Shown one piece after another: positions 1 through 6,877 of a stretch of 20,000 nucleotides of DNA. The stretch lies in the sequence record SRR31156797_661, one strand, 5' to 3'. The translations under genes were made by a program, and so were the position numbers. Below the pieces are notes generated by a model that saw nothing but the letters and a program-made list of their open reading frames with translations, did no database searches and was not told the origin of the DNA. The first letter of the stretch is position 1. Each line of letters opens with the position of its first letter.

Positions 1-175
1 GCAGTACATAGAGAAATGCTCCAGACCAAATTCCGAACATAGCTGCAAATCCCGCTTTTCGGCCTCCGGTAACGGTATGGCTGAGTATGTAGGCCATGTC
101 CGGTCCCGGTGCTATGTTGAGTAGCAGGGCGGCTAAGAGAAAGGTTGTCCAATGGGTAAGATCGTATTCAAACAT
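1..175 (-). CDS. LysE/RhtB family amino-acid exporter, 5' part (runs off the window edge)
   Basis: Not in the ORF track; translated by hand from ATG at 175: MFEYDLTHWTTFLLAALLLNIAPGPDMAYILSHTVTGGRKAGFAAMFGIWSGAFLYVL. It has the LysE-family PGP motif and G-x-x-x-G. GAGG RBS at about 183-186 on the minus strand. Confidence 0.9.
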   Translation of the reverse strand, partial: MFEYDLTHWTTFLLAALLLNIAPGPDMAYILSHTVTGGRKAGFAAMFGIWSGAFLYVL

Positions 176-523
176 GATTGAACCTCGGTGAGTTAGAAAT
201 GCAGAAAGGCACGATACAAAAAGTACCGTGTGCTTTGATCAAGGTTCTGTTTTTGGCGCGGGAAACAGGACTGCCATTTCAGGTGAAATGGCGGAAAGGC
301 CAGTTGATATTATTCCAACCGACAGGAAAAGCAAACCCCGGAAAGGGATTCTCAATTGAATAAACCCGGCCCACTCGCAACTGATCACAAGGGACCGGGG
401 TTATAATATGGCACCGCTCATCAGAAAAGCGGCAAAAGATGTATTTACCGAAAACTAGCGGTTCTAAATAAAATTCTATTTAGTACCTCAAATTCATGTA
501 AATGAACTTGAGCAGTTTTATCT

Positions 524-775
524 CTAGCGAGACATGCGTGCAAGCTGTCTGCGGTATTCGGGAGAGATTTCAAGACGTTCAATGTGGCGCAGGTCCACGA
601 GAGAACTTCTCATCTGTGCTCGGTTGGTTTCGCGGATTGCAGCCACGGTCCAGACGGGAAGCCAGAGACCGAGGGTCGCAATGGTCAGCACAGCGTGTAA
701 GCTGTGGTTTACTTCGCCGCCGTTGCGTGCTGCGCGGGTAGCTGCCCAAGCCTTGATGGTTCCGATTGCGTACAT
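524..775 (-). CDS. Small hypothetical membrane protein (about 83 aa)
   Basis: The track ORF is 524..790. A better start is ATG at 775, preceded by GGAGG. It has one hydrophobic segment, NHSLHAVLTIATLGLWLPVWTVAAI, and an Arg-rich C-terminus. Confidence 0.65.
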   Translation of the reverse strand: MYAIGTIKAWAATRAARNGGEVNHSLHAVLTIATLGLWLPVWTVAAIRETNRAQMRSSLVDLRHIERLEISPEYRRQLARMSR

Positions 776-1447
776 ATTATATTCCTCCAAAAAAATTGGT
801 TCAATTTGCGTTGTTCACAATTCCCACCTATGCCCGAGTCCATTGCAAGTCAACAGTTGGCAATGCAAAACTTAAAAATACATAGCAAATAATGTTCACT
901 GCCTTCTGTGGGAGTATAAGTTATAAAAAACAGTATCTTGTGTTTGTTTAGACAAGCTCTGGAAGAGGCTGTGTCGGAATTCAGACAGCGTTGATTTTAA
1001 AATCAATGCGTTGGTGAAAAATTTCCCAAGCTTGTCTTGTGGGTACACGCTTTAACAATATTGGGATAAGGGTTGAACTGCTATCTTACTGAAATATAAC
1101 TAATAATTTTCAAAATAAGCAGAAAAATAGCATTTTTGTAAAATTGCAGACAAGCAAACGAATGGTCGGGATAAAGAGGAATCGATTATCCTTCACTGTT
1201 TGTTTTTATATAGCGATATAAGTGTTAATGTAGTAGTTGTGTGCAATTTGTGTTGTAGAGGTGGTTACAACATTAAATATAAAAAAATTACATCGGATAT
1301 ACATAAAAGGTGCTTTTGCTAAAATAGAAAACAAAAATGAACGAACTAAATTCATGGTTTTAAATAAAGTTCCAACTTTTAGCTGCTAAAAACGCCTTTC
1401 GACTGAATAAAATTCGAGTGTTTTTCTATGAAGGTAATTCTTACTCG

Positions 1448-2374
1448 CTAATAATCGACAATCGCAGCTGTCTTCATGCTTGCTTTTGGCTTAAACATAT
1501 CCCCGCTTCCGGCAATTCTTGGCAGTCCGGTTATCCTTTTATCCAACTCAAAGCGGGGGGAGAAAGGGACGTTGCGTTTGAGGGCGTTTTTCCAATTGTT
1601 CTCTTCCTTGGCGAGGGCAATGTTTGCAGCGCCAATGGGATCGAAATTCAGGGCCACGGCTTTTTCCGGGGAATTGAGCAGGTCCACCACCAGCCGGTAG
1701 GAGTAGTCGATGATGGAGTGCAAGTAGGCTTGACGATAGGCCGGGACTACCTTCTTTGAAATCTTTAGGGATTTGCTCACTGTCTTGTATTCCAGCAGGC
1801 CGATGGTCTGGTGAAATACCTTTTTCTTGAACAGAAAGCTGTATTTTTTGGCATCCATATGTTTGCGCAGACTAAAATCCGCATCTTGATTAGCCTTGCG
1901 GAAGAGGCGGGCCGCTTCCTGAGCTGACCAGTCTACCTGATCGTCAGCCAGCATTTCTATATAGACATGGCTCAGCCTACCCCCGGACCGGGCCTGCTGC
2001 ATGAGGTTGGGTACATAGTAGTTGTGAGCGATGATATCCGCTGCCAGATGGGAAAGATAACCCAGAGAGTATGCTCTCAGGTGCTCATCATCGGATTCGT
2101 CGAGCAAGTTGAATCCGGTCTGCCAGTTGTGGCTGTGCAGCCGCTTGGCTTTGCTGCCTTTGCCGATGAATATGTCCGCACTTAAGCAGCCGTAAAGAAA
2201 TATGGCCGAGTTGGAGAGTAGTAGCTTAGCAACGGTATCGGAAAGGAGTAAAGAGTTGGAAAGCACCGCATTGCCGATGGCCATATGCACACCCGGACCC
2301 CAGGCTAAGCCGTTCGCGGCAAAGCCCAGAACCTGCAGAACAGTAAAGAATAAAATCAGAGTCAGTTTTCCCAT
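1448..2374 (-). CDS. Zinc-dependent phospholipase C / S1-P1 nuclease fold protein, secreted
   Basis: Signal peptide ending GLA, then mature N-terminus WGPGVH (W-x4-H Zn ligands). Also ADIF, HSH, GYLSHLAADxxAH and HVYIE motifs typical of the Zn_dep_PLC family. Confidence 0.8.
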   Translation of the reverse strand: MGKLTLILFFTVLQVLGFAANGLAWGPGVHMAIGNAVLSNSLLLSDTVAKLLLSNSAIFLYGCLSADIFIGKGSKAKRLHSHNWQTGFNLLDESDDEHLRAYSLGYLSHLAADIIAHNYYVPNLMQQARSGGRLSHVYIEMLADDQVDWSAQEAARLFRKANQDADFSLRKHMDAKKYSFLFKKKVFHQTIGLLEYKTVSKSLKISKKVVPAYRQAYLHSIIDYSYRLVVDLLNSPEKAVALNFDPIGAANIALAKEENNWKNALKRNVPFSPRFELDKRITGLPRIAGSGDMFKPKASMKTAAIVDY

Positions 2375-2419
2375 ACCTATAAAATAAGCTCCGCTCCGGG
2401 TGAGGTCAATGAATTCCGT

Positions 2420-3832
2420 TTAAAGCAGCGGGGCGACTAACCTTGCCGCACCTTCCACGGTATCGCGGACCATTCCAACAGGAACAGTTCCCTCGGTGCT
2501 GACGTCGATAAGTCCCTGAACCCAGTCGTTTACTGGCTTAACATCAGCTTCAGAATAGGAGAACATAACTATTTCATAGTTGAGGAACAGGCTGCGCATA
2601 TCCATGTTTGCTGAGCCCACAACTGCCAGTCGATCATCAACTACAATGACTTTGGCATGGACCATGTGCGGATATTTAACCACCCGACCTCCGCATTGCT
2701 CCAGATCACGCAGGTGCGTACCCCGGGCAAGGTCAGCCAGTTTGTGGTTTGATTTTGCCGGAACAACTACCCGCAGGTCTACTCCGCGCAGGGCTGCCAG
2801 ACGCAGGGCCTGTGCAAGGGCTTCGTCGGGTACGTAGTAGGGAGTAACGATCCAGAGTCGTTTTTCAGCAGTGAAAGCTGCGGTGAGCAGGGCGTCGTGT
2901 ACCGGGTCACGCGGTACGTCAGGTCCTGATGGAACGACCTGCATGACTCCGTCTCCGCTGACAGCAGAACCTTTGGTGCAGGGAGGAATGATGTTTACTT
3001 TTTCTCCGTGTGCAAAGAGCCAGTCTGATTGAAATACTTCAATGTAGTGGCGTACAGCCGGACCCTGCAGCACAAAGGAAAGGTCGGTCCAACGATCTTC
3101 GCATGGCTTGGGGCCGATGTATTCATTGGCGATGTTGGTTCCTCCTGCCAGCACAATCTTCTGGTCGGCAATGGCTATCTTGCGATGGTTGCGCAGGTTG
3201 CTGTTGCCGTGGAAGGGGGCACGGAAAAGAGGCATGAAATAGGCAACCTTGCCCCCGTTATCGATAAGTTTTCTCAGGAAGCGACGGGAAGTGAACAGGG
3301 AACCTATATCATCCAGCAGCAGCCTCACGGTAACTCCTGAAGCGGCCTTGCGGGCCAGCCTTTCCACAATGTCTTTACCCACTTCGTCCCGTGAGAGAAT
3401 GAAGGTGGTTATCAGGATTTGGTGCTCAGCGTTTTCAATAAGCTTGACCAGTTCCGTGTAGATGTCGATGCCTGTTGGGCAGAGCCGGACCTTGTTGCCG
3501 CTGGTTGCACCGGGAATACCGTATTCACGCAGCATGGCGTCAATGGGGTCGGCATCTTCAGCGGGAACGGTTTCCTGCACTTCAAGATGGATATCCTCTT
3601 TGGTGTGGGCATCCCGTTTGAGTTTACGGCCTCCGAAAATGAGATAAAAGGGGACGCCGACGTATGGTACAAAGAAAATTGCCAGCAGCCACGCAAAGGC
3701 TGCCGAAGATGTGCGTTGCTTGCGCAGGATGGACATAACCAGAATTGCAGCCAGCAAAAAACCGCCTACAACCGCGAGGTGTCCAAATAAGAGATTCCAT
3801 TCCATGTCAGTTCCTGAATAGGGTTTAATCAT
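2420..3832 (-). CDS. cls: Cardiolipin synthase (phospholipase D family, ClsA-like)
   Basis: Two N-terminal TM helices (AWLLAIFFVPYVGVPFYLIFG) and two HKD motifs, NHRKIAIAD and HAKVIVVD-x5-GSAN. Also PSGPD and TPYYVPD. The true start may be ATG at 3805. Confidence 0.9.
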   Translation of the reverse strand: MIKPYSGTDMEWNLLFGHLAVVGGFLLAAILVMSILRKQRTSSAAFAWLLAIFFVPYVGVPFYLIFGGRKLKRDAHTKEDIHLEVQETVPAEDADPIDAMLREYGIPGATSGNKVRLCPTGIDIYTELVKLIENAEHQILITTFILSRDEVGKDIVERLARKAASGVTVRLLLDDIGSLFTSRRFLRKLIDNGGKVAYFMPLFRAPFHGNSNLRNHRKIAIADQKIVLAGGTNIANEYIGPKPCEDRWTDLSFVLQGPAVRHYIEVFQSDWLFAHGEKVNIIPPCTKGSAVSGDGVMQVVPSGPDVPRDPVHDALLTAAFTAEKRLWIVTPYYVPDEALAQALRLAALRGVDLRVVVPAKSNHKLADLARGTHLRDLEQCGGRVVKYPHMVHAKVIVVDDRLAVVGSANMDMRSLFLNYEIVMFSYSEADVKPVNDWVQGLIDVSTEGTVPVGMVRDTVEGAARLVAPLL

Positions 3833-4157
3833 TTATTACCGGACCTTGTTCAGCCCTGTAGACAGCTTAGCAGTATTTTAATTGTAAGGTAAACAATTAA
3901 ACGGAGCCGGAAAAAGAGTAGTTTTCTGAAGTGCAAATGTTTATGTCATTAATGCTTTCTTTTTGGTATCCTTAGGGATAAATCCTTGGTGTATTGTCCT
4001 TTATAATGATCTAATATATGATAAATAGTGTTGTTGCTGATTTTTATTGCCGCAAAGGAAGCTGAATTTCCGATGGTTTCACGCGTCAGTTTCAGAGTTG
4101 TTGTTTGATAGTTTTTATTTCTCGCCCGGGAATGGGTAATATTGAGGGAGTTTCTTA

Positions 4158-5324
4158 ATGGGGTCCAGCAGTCCTAATATCAAGTCCTTTTACAAAGGGC
4201 AGGAAATTTTCAAGGAAGGACAGGAGAGTTCAGTCGCCTATATGATCAAAAAAGGCGCAGTGAACATCTACAAGGTCCAGAATAATGAAAAAATCATCCT
4301 TGCCCGTCTAGGGGAAGGCGAGATCTTCGGTGAAATGGGCATTATCTCCAAGGGAGCCCGTTCAGCAAATGCCGAAGCCGCTGAGTACTGTGACCTTGTC
4401 ATTCTTACCGATCAGATCATTCTAAAGCTTCTGGACCAGTGTCCGCGTACGGTCCAATATATGACCCGGCTACTGGTCAAGCGGCTGCATCGAACCGGTG
4501 AAATGATTTCAGCTAAGGGACACCGCAGCAATTTTACAAGCATCTGCAATATCCTTGATCTTGCCTACCGAACCCATATCAGCATGGATCGAGAGCAGGC
4601 CCGCAAAGAACGCAATCATGATCTCGGCCTTGATTACAATAAGCTCTGCAAAACAATCCGCAGTATTATTCTCGTTTCTCAGAGTGAGATAGACGCAGTG
4701 ATCAGCAAGCTCAAAAGCTTGAAGATTATCGACGCCATTGATTTACGAACCGGAAAAGCCTTTCCTGATCGCTTTATCCAGATTTCCGATCCTGATAATT
4801 TTCTTGAAGTTGCCAACAACCTGTTCAAGGAGCTACAGCAGACCGCCTACACTCCCACATCTGACCTGCAGATTGTGGATATCTACGAAATTTCTGAAAT
4901 GCTGGAGAGTGATCCCAAGATCATCTACAAAAAAATCGCACAGGAAGATTTTCCGGAAACCATGTTCATGTTTGACCGTAACAAGGTTAGTGACTGGGCA
5001 TCTGAAAAAGAGCCGGACTACTTCAGCAAGGTTAAGAAAAAGAAGAAATCCATTGAAGAGTTGGAGGACATCGAAGACATCGTCTACGTGGACAATGCTA
5101 CTCTCAAGGAAGTATTCACCCGTTTGGGTTACCATAAACTGGGCGTGCTGATGAGCATTGCAGAGGATGATGCCCGCAAGAAGATTCTGGCCAACCTTGC
5201 CAAGAAGATTGCCAAGATCGTGCAGGATGAAGTCCGTGATAATGTGGATGAGACTGAGGCTGAAGACGTGCTCACCGAGCTTTTTGAGATGGTCCGGGAA
5301 ATCAAAGGAGGGGATAAGAAGTGA
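4158..5324 (+). CDS. Multidomain protein: cNMP-binding domain, putative winged-helix/HTH modules and C-terminal FliG-C-like domain
   Basis: N-terminal CAP-type barrel with FGEMG...RSA. Residues 239-280 resemble an excisionase-like HTH_17. Residues 303-385 align by eye to the FliG C-terminal domain. GAGGGAG RBS upstream. The stop overlaps the motA start (GTGA). Confidence 0.8.
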   Translation: MGSSSPNIKSFYKGQEIFKEGQESSVAYMIKKGAVNIYKVQNNEKIILARLGEGEIFGEMGIISKGARSANAEAAEYCDLVILTDQIILKLLDQCPRTVQYMTRLLVKRLHRTGEMISAKGHRSNFTSICNILDLAYRTHISMDREQARKERNHDLGLDYNKLCKTIRSIILVSQSEIDAVISKLKSLKIIDAIDLRTGKAFPDRFIQISDPDNFLEVANNLFKELQQTAYTPTSDLQIVDIYEISEMLESDPKIIYKKIAQEDFPETMFMFDRNKVSDWASEKEPDYFSKVKKKKKSIEELEDIEDIVYVDNATLKEVFTRLGYHKLGVLMSIAEDDARKKILANLAKKIAKIVQDEVRDNVDETEAEDVLTELFEMVREIKGGDKK

Positions 5325-6097
5325 ATATAGCCACCATAATCGGTATATTCTTCGGTATTGCCATCCTCATGGTTGCTACCTACACTTCCACTGATTCCGT
5401 GGGTGTATTTATCAATATTCCCGGTATTGCAATTGTAGGTGGGGGAACCATTGCTTCCACCTTTATCTGTTATCCGTTGCGCGAAGTAATGCGCGTGCTC
5501 GGTGTATTCATGATGGCCATGGGGGCTGACGAACTGCCTCTTGAAAACTACATCAACGTTATTGTCGGACTTTCCAAGGATGTTTCTTCCAAAGGGGAGG
5601 AGCACCTTGAGGGTAGTCTCAAAAATATCGAGAACGATTTTCTGCGTGAAGGATTGCAGATGCTTGTGGACGGTTATTCCAAGGAAGAGATCAAGGAGAT
5701 TCTTGATAACCGCATCCAGCAGTATCACGAACAGGAATACAGTGCCGCCGGGATTTACCGGACCATGTCCACCCTTTCTCCGGCCTTCGGTATTATCGGG
5801 ACCCTGATTGGTCTTATTGCCATGATGCAGGGTATGGGCGCAGATATTGCCGCCATCGGTCCGGCTATGGCAACAGCCTTGACTACCACTCTCTACGGTG
5901 CGCTTTTTGCCAACATGCTTTTCATGCCTATTGCCATTAAGGTTGAGAAACGAATTGACGAGATTACCCTGCTCATGCGGGTTATCCGTGACGGTATTCT
6001 GTTCATCAAGGACAAGACCCCGTCTGCCATCGTCATGGATAAGCTCAAGGGTTACCTGCCCCCGCGTAAGTGGGCTACAGTTAAAGCGAAGAAGTAG
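5321..6097 (+). CDS. motA: Stator A subunit, MotA/PomA family
   Basis: IVGGGT, FLREGLQMLVDG, PAFGIIGTLIGLIAM and ALTTTLYGALFANMLFMPIAIK. GTG start with GGAGG RBS. Confidence 0.93.
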   Translation: MNIATIIGIFFGIAILMVATYTSTDSVGVFINIPGIAIVGGGTIASTFICYPLREVMRVLGVFMMAMGADELPLENYINVIVGLSKDVSSKGEEHLEGSLKNIENDFLREGLQMLVDGYSKEEIKEILDNRIQQYHEQEYSAAGIYRTMSTLSPAFGIIGTLIGLIAMMQGMGADIAAIGPAMATALTTTLYGALFANMLFMPIAIKVEKRIDEITLLMRVIRDGILFIKDKTPSAIVMDKLKGYLPPRKWATVKAKK

Positions 6098-6109
6098 GCA
6101 GAGTGCATT

Positions 6110-6835
6110 ATGTCGGATGATTTCAGTCTGAAAAAGCCTGCACAGGGCGGAGAGGAGGGCGGCTGGGCCCTGACTTTGGCAGATATGATGACTCTGCTGC
6201 TCTGCTTTTTTGTGCTTTTGCTGGCCATCGCCGATGTTGACCAGAACAAATATAAAGATGTTTCCGATTCACTGGCCTCGGCTATGGGGGTGCCTGTGCC
6301 GCCTAAAGGTGAGGCAGACACCTTTGAAGGTGCTCCGGTTGCCCGCAGGGTGATCAGTGATGAGCAACGCAATATTTTTGAAATGCAGCTGGAGATGGCC
6401 CGGCTGGTAGGTCGTGAATCTGATGCTTTGAAGATCAAGATGCGCCCTGATTCCGTAGCCATAGTGCTTAAGGGCGGTTTCTTTTTTCCCAGCGGCAAGG
6501 CTGACCTGACCCGTGGAGCCAAGAGGGTTCTGGCCAAGATCGCACCCACTCTTGCCAAGTCTCCATATGACGTGGTTGTCGAAGGCCATTCCGACAATAT
6601 CCCCATGAGATCAAAACAGTTCCCGTCTAACTGGGAGCTTTCTTCAGCCCGGGCCAGTGCCGTTGCCCGCTACCTGCTCAATAATGGATTCAGCAAGGAT
6701 CGCATTAAAGTGCTGGGTATGGCTGATACAGTACCTGCCTATCCCAACGTAGATGAAAACGGCAAAGCCATTCCCGCTAACCAGAAGCGCAACCGCAGGG
6801 TTGTCTTGTTAGTTTATCCGCCTAAGAAGAATTAA
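6110..6835 (+). CDS. motB: Stator B subunit, MotB/PomB family with OmpA-like peptidoglycan-binding domain
   Basis: WALTLADMMTLLLCFFVLL with the conserved Asp25, followed by a plug-like helix. C-terminal EGHSDN, NWELSSARA and NRRV motifs. Confidence 0.93.
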   Translation: MSDDFSLKKPAQGGEEGGWALTLADMMTLLLCFFVLLLAIADVDQNKYKDVSDSLASAMGVPVPPKGEADTFEGAPVARRVISDEQRNIFEMQLEMARLVGRESDALKIKMRPDSVAIVLKGGFFFPSGKADLTRGAKRVLAKIAPTLAKSPYDVVVEGHSDNIPMRSKQFPSNWELSSARASAVARYLLNNGFSKDRIKVLGMADTVPAYPNVDENGKAIPANQKRNRRVVLLVYPPKKN

Positions 6836-6877
6836 AAAAGAAAAAGGGGATCGGTTATCGATCCCCTTTTTCTTTTT
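6835..6877. terminator. Bidirectional rho-independent terminator between motB and the GT2 gene
   Basis: AAAAAGAAAAAGGGGATCG-gttat-CGATCCCCTTTTTCTTTTT, a perfect inverted repeat between convergent genes. Confidence 0.9.

Noticed and set aside
271-294. Dispersed repeat shared with 19921-19950 (CATTTCA...TGAAATG cores)
   Set aside because: Only a 7-bp arm is shared, and the loops and flanks differ, so chance is sufficient.
325-352. c-di-GMP-I riboswitch (GCAAACC...GAAA..GG)
   Set aside because: The following GACGCAAAGC-type element and second stem are absent, and there is no downstream + strand gene.
178-892. Plus-strand short ORFs 178..363, 502..741, 534..875 and 704..892
   Set aside because: No RBS or recognisable motifs. 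They overlap the better-supported minus-strand ORF or the hairpin region.
991-1006. FNR box
   Set aside because: The spacing is TTGAT-N6-ATCAA, not N4.
4158-5324. Canonical fliG, or an ordinary Crp/Fnr regulator
   Set aside because: No FliG N or M domain is recognisable, and at 388 aa it is much longer than Crp (about 210 aa), with extra C-terminal modules.
5321-6835. Zorya (ZorAB) anti-phage system, or ExbBD/TolQR
   Set aside because: The A subunit is 258 aa with a flagellar-type cytoplasmic domain and no long ZorA tail. No ZorC/D/E, TonB or TolA gene is nearby. The B subunit has a plug and an OmpA-like domain typical of MotB/PomB.
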